Position numbers and translations under genes: made by a program
NCBI GenBank assembly: GCA_964016885.1
Contig: OZ024741.1
Span: forward strand, 133,734,001 to 133,798,000
Length of the DNA stretch: 64,000 nt
Direction of reading: 5' to 3'
From: Eledone cirrhosa
Lineage: Eukaryota
The notes under the pieces: model-generated
The model's database searches: none
The model's input: the letters and a program-made list of their open reading frames with translations, nothing else
What the model was told of the DNA's origin: nothing
Shown here: piece after piece, positions 24,978 to 35,929 of the stretch
Layout of the letters: every line of letters starts with the position of its first letter
How positions within the stretch are numbered: position 1 is the first letter of the stretch

Positions 24978-25621
24978 ATGGTGGCTGCCAACTCGTTTTC
25001 GAGTACGGCCACTACTTTACATCCATGTAGGATAACCCCTACCGAAGCGCTGAACGAGTGTGACTTTTTAGTCCAGCCAGCGACTTGAAACCTCTGGTAC
25101 AAACACTACACCTGTGACAATTATTGACACATAGTGCTAGGCCCATGGTAGGACAATTATTGACACATAGTGCTGGGCCCATGTGAGGACAAGTGCAGAG
25201 AGATCTCCAGATATAAAGCAATGCCTGTGCCGTGAAGCTTTTATAGTGAGCAAAGGCACTGCACAAAGCCAGTCCCACTCTCTTAACCAAGATGATATTT
25301 ACCAAAAAGAAGAACAAGTCAACATCATTGGATACCATCAGGGTTGCAGGTGTTATATCAGAGTTTTCCTTCTCCTAGAATTCTGCCTTGACTAAGGCTA
25401 AAGGGGTCATCTCTCCCGGTGATTTTGGATGGCCATTGACTCTTAAGAGCTCCTTTGCCCTTTGACAGGTTTTGTTTTTAGTCCTGCAGGATGTCCAAAG
25501 TCACCCTCCTCACCAAGAAACCTTGGTGGGGTTGCCAGTTTAGTCGCCAACGACCCGACCATGAGACAGGTTGTACTGGGATACATGTTACCAGTAGCAC
25601 CAACTGGTGACCTGACATAAC
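24978..25621 (-). mobile_element. Non-autonomous RTE derivative: 5' UTR joined to the last zinc finger and 3' tail
   Basis: 5' part homologous to the RTE 5' UTR at 39690-39900. 3' part encodes [20 protein letters not shown]. Tail aagtagtggccgtactcgaaaacgagttggcagccacc is near-identical to 54316-54353. Confidence 0.85.
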
Positions 25622-25633
25622 ATATATATATAC

Positions 25634-25705
<72 letters not shown>

Positions 25706-25932
25706 GAAAACAGGGAGAAAGAGACGATTATTAGGAAGAAAAATATATTTTTTTCCTTTTTTATTTCTCTCTTTTTTCTTCCTGATAATCGTCTCTTTCT
25801 CCCTGTTTTCATATATATATATATATCCTAACTCGTGTGCTTACTCTCCACATTTTATTATTAATGAACTGGGTAATTGCTGGCCTTGTGCCTAAAGTAG
25901 AAACAATTATTATTATTATTATATATATATAC

Positions 25933-26050
25933 TTCCTCTCCCTGATCATACGCCCCATCATTGAAATGTCCCCAGATGTATGTGACATCACGGAGGACCT
26001 CCTCAGCAGAATCGGCGAGAGTAACCGATCTAGGGACCTAACAAGGACTT
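25933..26050 (+). mobile_element. Small Nematis-like PLE RT fragment
   Basis: FLSLIIRPIIE..PDVCDITEDLLSRI.ESNRSRDLT overlaps the start of the element at 15000 (ESDRSRDLT). Confidence 0.6.
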
Positions 26051-26099
26051 AGACTTCTTTCTACATATGCTGCAGCGAAAGAAAAAAGAAAAAACCATG

Positions 26100-26341
26100 C
26101 TCATGCGACACACGTGAAAGTCGTTTAGATCAAGTGATGACTGTGCGTGAAGCTTTTTGAAGTGACGAAACCTTGCACTAAACCATCCCACTCTCTGAAC
26201 AATGGTGACAAAAAGAAAAACAGGTTAATATCATTGGCTGCCATCGAGTCGCAGGTATTACATTAGAGTTTTCTAGTTTCCTAACCGGTGGGCTAACCGC
26301 GCGCTCGGGCCCCAAACCGAATATTTCCATATCCCCGCGCA
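26100..26341 (-). mobile_element. Isolated RTE 5' UTR fragment
   Basis: Begins gcgcgggga..aaatattcgg like 39957 and shares aactct..acctgcg..tgat..cagagagtgggat. Confidence 0.65.
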
Positions 26342-27594
26342 TATGTATACACACACACACACACACACACATATGTATAGCGAAGACGGTACGGTATGAT
26401 TTGGGGGAGATTTAGCTCCCATTTTTAAGTAGGTCAGGGGACCGGTACATGCTCCGACATTCACTCCTAGTTATTAGCAGCTATAATGGACCTTTTATTG
26501 TTGTCTAGTTTCAGGTCAGCTCTGAACGGTCAGTTGCTCTTTCGCTGCATATATTGTTGGCAGTGTGCGCCCCCCCCCCCCCGGCTCCCCCGTGGGGGCA
26601 ACTAAGGCTAATAATGTTATAGCTATTTCTATATGTTTGTGCTCCTTATGCTTATTTGAACCGAACTGGAGAGTTAAGAATGTTGTTGTAATAATATTTT
26701 GGTATATAGTATACATTGGGCTGAAGCGGCGAATTGGCAGTGTCGTATGAGCATCAAATCGAATGCTTTGTGGTATTCATTCCTGTTCTCTGCTCCCTGA
26801 GATCAAATCCCGCCTTCCATCCATTCGAGATCGATAAAAAAGTACCAGTCTAGTACTGGGGTCAATTCTTTCTCTATAGATAGAAAGTGAGAAAGAGACT
26901 TTCTCACTTTCTATCTTTCTCTGGAAGAAATCTGCTGTACTCAGACCTGAAAGGGGGATGGGTTCCGCCTAGCTTAAAATGCCAGGAAACGCCGTATGTC
27001 AATTTGGCGTCCCTATGACTCCACCAGGAGATACGGGACTTTACCATACCATACCCTATGTTGGACTGTTTGGAGGTGGGTTTTCATATAGTGAAAGGAA
27101 ATGCAAGTTTAAAGCCTACTGCAACGACAAACTGTACACATTACGTGTCCAAATGGTTTTATATTATTAATGAGGTTGTAAATATTGTGCGTGTGTTTAT
27201 GGCAAAATATATAGATGCATAAACACGTATAATATATTATCAATAAGGCTGTAATATTGTGTGTATTTTTGTCAGAATATATAGATATATAAAAACGTAT
27301 AATACATTATTAATGAAGTTGTAACTATCTACTGAGATAACAATTTAAATGAATATAAGTTATTAATAGGTAACCCATATAGGAATCACATAATTCCATT
27401 CATATTAATGAAATTTCAAATTTCAAATTAGAAATGTGGAGAGGAAATAGGATATTAAAAGAATAATGTCATAAACATTTGCCGAAAGCTAATCAGATCC
27501 AATTACTAGCTTTAACTATTTACCTGTTCCAGTCATCAGGCTGAGAAATGAAAACTAATTATTCTAATTGCTATCATATGTATATATGTGAGCT

Positions 27595-29120
27595 GAATAT
27601 CCTAACTACTGGGAGGCTACGCATCATCAGTATATAACTTCAGTGTTGAACACCCCAACGGCGACGGGTCACTTGCCCTCCTCGACTTCCGAATCAACAT
27701 CACGGAACAGGGAGGGATCCACTGCAACTTCTACCGAAAGACAGCCTGCAGGGACCTGTTCGTCCACTACAAGTCCGCCCTCCCTAACAGTGCCAAAAGA
27801 GGATACATCATGAACGAGATCGCGCGAATCAAAAACAGATTCAGCGATCCCACGAGTGGTGTCACTCATATCAAGCGATTCCTCGAGGTGCTGGAGACGA
27901 ACGGGTACCCTACCTCGCTCACAGACAGAGTAGGAGACACCAGACACAAGAGATAGAGAGGCACCCAAGGCAAGTGCTTCCTTAAAATGCCACACCTGGG
28001 CGAGAATACCACCAACGCTATCCGCAAAGCTATACGGAGGGAGGGCCTCGACATCCACTGGCCCACTCGGGCCCCTCCCTGCGAAGATGCCTCTCCAGGA
28101 AACCCGGGAAATCAACTGACGCGTGCTCCCTCAGAGACTGCCCGATGCGCCATGAGAACTGTTGCCTACGCACATACGTCGTGTATAAGATAGAATGTAA
28201 CAAGTGCAACCAATACTATATAGGTAGCACAATCTGGCCGTTGCACATCCGGATCAAGGAACACACTAAAACCAAGGCCTCGTCTTTCCGGAAACACATA
28301 GCCAAATGCGGAAACAATGACGGAAGGCCCATTGTCACAATTCTAGCGACAGAAAGAAACGTCGGCACATTACGTATCAAGGAAGCACTTTGGATCAAAC
28401 GCCTAGGGCCACAATTAAACAACCGATCCGAGAGAAGCGAAATGAGGTGGTTGGTTTAAGTTAACAAACGATGCAGCAACACACGCACACACACACACAC
28501 AAGCGAGACAGCAACACACGCACACACACACACACAGTAGCATTCCACCATACGAACATACTACACTGCCAATACAGAGGAACAAGGCAACAACACACGT
28601 ACACACACACACACTCAAGCGAGACAACAACACAGGCACACACACACAATAACATTCACCAAACAAGCAGAGAATGGACTGACAGCTAGCGCCACCCCAC
28701 TCCCACAATTGAAAGAACTACTTCGGCCGCTGACCTCTGCCTGACCGACCTCATTTCACGCGCACGCGCGCTCTGCTGAATACCTCAGATATTCAAAACA
28801 ACGAACAGCGGAGGACACGTTTCGCACCCTTCCGACAGATAACCCCCCCCCCCCCGGAAAAAACCCCCAGTTGATGGATGTGAATCCGAAATATATAGGG
28901 ACAATTAAATCTCTCCTAAGGTAACTCTTTCTCGTGTTGTTATTTTTATTTTTATCCTTTACGCTCTTTGCTTCATTCCTCTACACGTTACAGTCTTAAA
29001 CACGCCACGCATCTCAACGTACACCCACTTACATCTCTCTCTCCACCACCGGATCTTGTTACTCGGAGATTTACCCATCTGCATTGTCGAGGCTTCCAAA
29101 CGACTTAAAGAAATTTACCA
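27595..29120 (+). mobile_element. Penelope-like element (Penelope/Poseidon-like), 5'-truncated
   Basis: VEHP..GSLALLDF, FYRK..RDLFVHYKSALP, NGYP; GIY-YIG VVYKIEC..C..YYIGST...RIKEH; degenerate hammerhead ccc-CAGTTGA-t-ggat(gtga)atcc-GAAA-tata-TA-ggg at 28865-28900. Confidence 0.88.
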
Positions 29121-29286
29121 TATATATATATATATATATATGTAGGAGGTGAGATTTCTTTTTAGGCATCATATCATGTTTCCCTATTTTAGCTGATGAG
29201 AACGCAAATATCGTCCCAGGATGATATTTGTTTTTGAAATGGGCATAATAAAATACATGGAACTTTTTTAACCATCTTTTAATTTC

Positions 29287-29351
<65 letters not shown>

Positions 29352-29898
29352 ACATAAGAGTAATTAAGACGGGGTTACTTCACCATAATAGCTTAATTGC
29401 ATGATATATATTTCTGTTACATGGTTATGCATGTGACTTCATCAGAAGCTTATACAATCATAGGTGTATTTATGCAATCATGGGGATATGATGCTGGTCA
29501 TGTATCACCATTCAGTTGTGATGCCAGCAGATATATGAATCTCTGGATCTCTTTTCTTATTAAGTTTTAGTAGTAGATGTATCAGCCTTCTGATTGGTTG
29601 AGTTTGTAGGCTCCGGGTAAAGTTTCTATACTTGATTGTTGACAGATTTACTGTTACATCTCAGCTTTTGGTCCATTATTTCGTCCATAGTCTGTAGTTC
29701 TTGCTAACATCAAATCTTTTTTTGCCGTTGGTCAGACCAATACTTTGTATTCAACCCCCGAACACTGGCACCGGCTTGCCTTGATGATGGCGATATCACT
29801 GCTGTTATTGTCAACGCCAACAACTACCATAACAACAACAACAACTACAACAAAAACAACACCATTTACAATAATGAAGACGATGATCTACTACTTAC

Positions 29899-30049
29899 CC
29901 CAACTGAAGATGTAATAAGCAACAAGTGTTTTGGGTTTTTCAAAAGTTGCTGCCAACAGTCGATAAAGATAATAACCTTCGATGAACATACAGAAATAGT
30001 TTGTGCCACGTAAATAACTAATCATGAAGTTCAGCAGCCGACAGCCGAC
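29899..30049 (-). CDS. Class B1 GPCR exon: TM3-ICL2 to start of TM4
   Basis: ttttcag|VGCRLLNFMISYLRGTNYFCMFIEGYYLYRLLAATFEKPKTLVAYYIFSW(G)|gtaagt; 151 nt, phase 0 to 1. Confidence 0.95.
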
Positions 30050-30429
30050 CTGAAAACGAAGTAGCTGATACTTTTAGTAAAATACATGAACACCACACAA
30101 TTTTAATTTTTGTACCACCGTCCTCACTCCCTATCATATCAAATGGTGAATTAGGAGAGTCGTATGACAAAATGTTTTGCAGTATTTGTTCCGACTCTTA
30201 TGCACTCTGAATTCATATCCGGCTGAGGTCAACATTGCTTTTTAAACTTTCGGATTTGATAAAATATAGTACCATAATCTACGGCGGTCGATTGGTAGAA
30301 TTGTCTGAGCGTCGGATGAGATGCCTCATAGTATTTGTTCTGGTGTTTTACGGTCCTCCGTTCAAGTCCCACTATGATATACTTAGTTTATAGGCATAAT
30401 TCGTCGATCGGTTTGATATTGGCTATCTG

Positions 30430-31311
30430 GAGCCCTTGAGTGCCTTTAGCACGCATCTGGATCAGGTTTCTGGTTTATGAATGTTTTCCTCCCTCACTCC
30501 TCCTAGTTTTGATGTCCCTGAAAATAGTCAGGGGCACTGTCCCTCCCTTCATGATACTCCTGAAATGCGGTCCTTGACTCAACTAATAGCGTCAGTTGCT
30601 GCTTAGCTCTAAATCATTCTTGATCAGTAACGCACAGACACTGGACGAATGCGTGCAGAACGGTTTCGTCGTTCTGTGTGCATCTCATAAGTCCATCTGA
30701 CAGTATTTCCGTGCCTGTAGAGTTTATCTCGAACCGGTAGTACCCCCCCCCCCCCCCCCCGTAGCACTGCCAAACGAGGGATTTCTGGAAATTCTCCATA
30801 GTCCGCAACCTCGAAATCCTCCGGAACAGGCTGGTCAGTTCTATTTCATCGACGCCCAGAACCTCTCCGAGAGCGTTGTCGCACTTGCCCATCACTACTC
30901 CGCTATAGAACTCAAGGGTGGAATTTCCACTGACCACATTGCTCGTCTGGTGGAGGGCAGTGAGCGCCTGGCAACATTTCAGATGCCAAGCGCCCAGTCT
31001 CAGCCTCTGCTTGACCCAGAACTACAGCTCGGTCAAAAAGACGAGCTGAGGAAAGGTCTGTCTCACAAACAGCAACAACACGTGTTCACCGTTTAAGAAT
31101 ATCTGAATATGCCGTAGCTTCAGCGCATGTCTGCACATCATCAGCCACGGCATGCCCAGCACTCCGCGTAGATGGCGCTGGCAGCAGATGGACCACCTCA
31201 TCAATGGAACCTATCCCTTCCACAAAATGTTGAAGAGCAGTCGTTCCAATTTGGTGAGGTGCGAACAGGGGCAAGGCACGATGGCCAGGCGGTAGTAGAT
31301 TTATTCCAGAC
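30430..31311 (-). mobile_element. L1/Tx1-like LINE 3' remnant
   Basis: LERLLFNILWKG, CCQ..LRG.LGMPWL and the C-terminal RC..NDETVLHAFVQC. Confidence 0.75.
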
Positions 31312-32135
31312 ACGCGTAAGTTCATTTCTTATATATCTGATTTTAGCACCAAGGGAAAGGACTGATCTACAATGCACAAACAGGTCTCTGCTGGCAGCTT
31401 GCCTATAGAAGTTGGTGTATATAGCACTTTATTCTGTTATTCTAAGCTGGAAGTCCAGCAGGGACAAAGAACCATTTTTATCAGGGTGTTCTATGGTAAC
31501 TCTTATGTTGTTATTTATGTTTGATAATGTCGTGTTAAAACCGGATACATAAGAAATGAACTTACGCGTATCCAGAATAGATGTAGCAAGACAGAGGGCC
31601 AGATCACTCACACTGTACACTTCATAGATGTACTGAAGACGAATGGATACCCAACATCCAGAGTGAATGGTCTTAGGAATCGAAGGCGCCGCAGGCATAA
31701 GACCTCCTCTAACACCTGCTTCATGAAAGTACCACACTTCAGCGAAAGCATAGCCACAGCTACCCGCAGAGCCATCCGCAAAGAAGGACTGCACATACAA
31801 TTAGCATACTCCGTGTGTGGATACCTTTCTAAAAAGCAATCCAGAGACAACATCTATCTGTGCTCACTGACTAACTGCCCTTTCTGCGACACAAGTATGT
31901 GCCAGCGGACACATGTAGTATACCGGATTGAATGCAGAACATATAAGGAATTCTACATTGGTAGCACGACTCGAGTACTCCACACCCACATTAAAGAACA
32001 CCTCAACATACACGCATTCTCATTTAAAAAAAACACATTGACAAATGCAGAAACACCAACAAAAATATAACAGTCAATATTTGAGCCAGTGAGAGAATGT
32101 GGGCAATTTAAGTATTAAGGAAGCCTTGACATAAA
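31312..32135. mobile_element. PLE remnant with an inverted 5' segment (31312-31535 on -, 31545-32135 on +)
   Basis: Minus: TIEHPDKNGSLSLLDF..NFYRQ..RDLFVH. Plus: RNELTRI..NGYP..VVYRIEC..FYIGSTTR..HIKEH. Related to 27595-29120. Confidence 0.85.
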
Positions 32136-32343
32136 AGGACACACCCACACGCACACACACGCAACCTAAACCATATCTCATACAAGAAAATTGATTCCAT
32201 GAAATATTACATCGGCAATTGACGTCATCAACTTATTGTGAATAGCAAAGCAACCATCAAAGAACGCTTGAAAGTGGTTTATAAAACTTAAATCTAAATT
32301 TAATAATAATGATTTCTTTCTTTCTTTATTTATTTATCTAAAT

Positions 32344-32373
<30 letters not shown>

Positions 32374-32375
<2 letters not shown>

Positions 32376-33453
32376 TGTTTCTACGTTTGGCACAAGGCCA
32401 ACAATTACCTCGGTGCATTACTGGTACTTTATTTTATCGACCCCGTAAGGATGAAAGGCAAAGTGAACCTCGACGGGATTTGAACTCAGACCGCAAAGGG
32501 CCGTAACTCTTAGCTGTAAAGCATGGTGTCTGACGCTCTACTGATACTGCCAATCCACCACTCTTAATAATAATTGTTTCTACTTTTGGCACAAGGACAG
32601 CAACTATCCCAGTGTACCACTAGTACTTTATTTTATCGACCCCGTAAGGATGAAAGGCAAAGTTAACCTCGGCGGGATTTGAAATCAGAATGGAAAGGGC
32701 CGTAACTCTTTTGCTGTAAAGCATGGCGTCGACCATCTACTGATACTGCCATAATAATAATGGTTTCATATATAGGCACAAGGCCAGCACTTTTTTTTTT
32801 GGGGGGGGGGGGTTAAGTCGATTAAATTGACCCCAGTGCGTGACTGGTACTTTATTTTATCGACCCCGTAAGGATGAAAGGTAAAAGTTAACAGCGGCGG
32901 CACTTGAACTCAGATCATAAAGGGCCGTAACTCTATGCGGCAAAGCATGGCGTCCGACCATCTACTGATACTGCCAATCCACCGCCCTCTTAATAATTGT
33001 TTCTACTTTTTGGCACAAGGCCAGCAATTATCCGAGTACATTACTGGTACTTTATTTTATCGACCCCGTAAGGATGAAAGGCAAAGTTAACCTCGGCGGG
33101 AATTGAACTCAGATCGTAAAGGGACGTAACTATGCTGGAAAGCATAATCCAACCCTCTACCGATACTGCCAATTCACCGCCCTCTTAATAATATTAATAA
33201 TTATTATTATTACTATTATAATTATAATAATAATGGTTTCTAGTTTAGGCACAAGGCCAGCAATTTTTGTGGAAGAGACAGTCAATTAAATCAACCCCAG
33301 TGCATTACTGGTGCTTTATTTTATCGACCATGCAAGGATGAAAGGCAAAGCTAAGCTCTGCGGGATTTGAACTCAGAACATAAAGGGACGTAATTCTATG
33401 ACGTAACTCTATAACGCGAAGCATGGTCTGTGGAGCTCCACCGATTTTGCCAA
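32374..33453 (-). mobile_element. Tandem array of 5 SINE copies
   Basis: Head-to-tail units of about 190-220 bp separated by (AAT)n. Confidence 0.88.
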
Positions 33454-33529
33454 TAATATGCGATTAATTATGTTTTGTATCACCCCCACCCCCTAAAAAA
33501 GGAAATAGAAAGAAATGGGATCAACTGAC

Positions 33530-33680
33530 CGTGTTTCTGTACATTCGGGTCTCTTCAGGATGGCGAAGGATATGATCACGATTGACTAAGTTATTCCATA
33601 GGACATGGAATATCGAAGTAAGGATAAATGATACAAACAGATTCAAGTGAAGCCGTATACGGTGTTGTATCCGGAGAGGG
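33530..33680 (-). CDS. Class B1 GPCR exon: ICL1-TM2-ECL1
   Basis: gtttcag|(R)PLRIQHRIRLHLNLFVSFILTSIFHVLWNNLV...MYRNT|gtcagt; 151 nt, phase 2 to 0; R..HxNLF motif. Confidence 0.95.
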
Positions 33681-34029
33681 CTGAAACGTATAATAATAAT
33701 AATAATTACATTATTGGCCACTAGGGTCGAAAAAAAAGGGCCAATACAAATGAGCAAGGACACTGGTAATTTACATAAATCGAATAAAGAGAAAAAATAA
33801 CAGGTAACAAAGTAACAGTAAATGAATAACAACAGAATTCTCCAGTAAGGAGGAGTAGCACCCAGGGGTAATTTAAGAACTTTACAGATCCTAAATTACC
33901 CCGATTGCCAAGAGCACTATAAGAAAGTACCCACCTGAACCCTCTAACCTACCGGCGCACGCTTAGAGTATACCCATACACTCAAGCCATTTTCGATACT
34001 TTCACCCACCTCATAACAAATGTACTGAA

Positions 34030-34560
34030 GGGTGGCACATCCCTCCCACTCGCTTTCCTTTTAAAGTGGAATTTGAAAAAGTCGATGGGGTTTTGGCTGA
34101 AGAGGAAAGTTTATGTCTTCAGTCATTTCAGTCACGCACACCACACAACCTCTTTCGCTACAACCACCAGACAGGAAAACTGCCTGTCCTTCCTGGCCAA
34201 ACGAAGGTGTCAGGGCAACCTTCATGAGGGAGTCGGCTGTTAGTCGGTTCATGCTGCACCGGACATTACCTATTCGACAAAACTCCGCAAGTTAGCAATA
34301 GCCGGACACTGGACGAGTGTGTGCATCTCAGAAAGGCTCGTCTGACAACACTCCTGTATAGAGTTTGTGTCGAACCGGCAGTGCTTCCCGGTAACACTGC
34401 TAGGCCAGGGATTTGGGGAAATTGTCAATCGTCCCCAGTTCGAAAGTTCTGCAGAACAAACTGGGCGAACCACCATCTGTTGCTTCTCCGTCCAATCCCG
34501 CTTAACTAATGTAACGAGAACGACGCGTTCAGCTTCCAGTAACCGGGACCCTGTCTATGA
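34030..34560 (-). mobile_element. L1/Tx1-like LINE 3' remnant
   Basis: Homologous to 30600-30950 (H.LVQCP motif). Confidence 0.55.
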
Positions 34561-35119
34561 AGCATTTCTAAGTCGACTATACAAATCACAAATTAGTGAT
34601 CAGTGTAATTAACTACTTTGAATTGTCTAAAACCGATGCTAGGCTTATCTACTTCCCTACTGAATACCTTATCTAAATACGATTTTGATGACCCGATGTG
34701 TTTTGATCATGTCAACATGAGCACGTAAGGGAAATCCAATCAAACAGTTGGAAACTTCTGAGCAGATTCGCGCTTCATTACAAATAGATTTTCTACCCAA
34801 CTTGTCTCGTACTACAGACAGACATAAACTTTATAGATAAAATAGATCCCACCACAAGGCACTGCCATTTTTCTACTCAGAAAATATAGTGTTTAATGTT
34901 TGAATGTTGTTTGGTATTTAAAACACACAGAAATACACACATACACACGCATATAATAAGAAAAAAACGATGGAGTTTGGTTTACATGTTTTTATTGATT
35001 ATTGACCGTACGTAACCGGTCAATAATTAATAAAAAATATGTCAACAAAACTTCATCATTTTTTCTTATTATATGCGTGTGTATTTTTTCAGTAATTCAC
35101 TGAATCACCTAGACTATAT

Positions 35120-35463
35120 ATATAAAAGGATAAAGACCCTCTTCAATGATCATGGGATTCGCACGTAGAAAGCTCTCTTTCGAGGTGCAAGTCTGGGCAA
35201 GGTTGTTTGTGAAAGACCAGCAGTCGCCCATGCATACCAGTCTCCCCTCTCCAGGCCACTGATGTTGTCCAAGGGAAAGGCAAAAGCCGATACACCTTGA
35301 CACTGGTGACGTTGCAACTCATTTCTACAGCTGAGTGAACTGGAGCAACGTCAAATAAAATGTCTTGCTCAAGGACACAACGCATCACCCGGTTTGAGAA
35401 TCGAACTCACAACCTCACGATTGCAAGCCCCTAACGCTCTAACCACTCAGCCATACGCCTTCA
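35120..35463 (-). mobile_element. tRNA-derived SINE with a CORE-like central block
   Basis: tggctgagtggttagagcg (A box), gagttcgattc (B box), gtgtccttgagcaagaca. Confidence 0.8.
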
Positions 35464-35640
35464 CACATTATATATATACATGCATACATACATATATATA
35501 TATATTTATATACATACATACACATATAAATATATATTTACATACATACATAGACACATAAATATATATTTACATACATACATATATATATATATTTACA
35601 TACATTCATATATATATATTTACATACATACATATATATA

Positions 35641-35773
35641 TATGATGGCTGCCCCCTCGTTAACGAGTATGGCCATTGCACGAAAATAAATAAAAAAAAT
35701 AAATAAATAAAATAAATAAATAAAATAAAATAAAATAAAATAAAAATAATAATAATAATAATAATAAATAAAT

Positions 35774-35822
<49 letters not shown>

Positions 35823-35892
35823 CATACATACATATATACATACACACATACATACACATACACTCACACATATACACACATACATTAATAAC

Positions 35893-35929
<37 letters not shown>

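Noticed and set aside
27165-27325. Degenerate tandem repeat of about 70 bp; similar decayed repeats at 15020-15160
   Set aside because: Ordinary AT-rich minisatellite with no further structure
27524-27540. 17-nt microexon candidate on - (tctcag|cctgatgactggaacag|gtaaat); with a 7-nt candidate near 18860 it totals 24 nt
   Set aside because: In the required phase it reads GCC TGA (stop), and the TM3 and TM4 exons already join correctly
29150-29290. Minus-strand EEIKRWLKKF resembling GPCR helix 8
   Set aside because: Wrong position (between the TM3 and TM4 exons) and no credible splice sites
32374-33453. Regularly spaced repeats resembling a CRISPR array or tRNA cluster
   Set aside because: Units are SINEs of about 200 bp with no unique spacers, no cas genes and no complete cloverleaf; eukaryotic context
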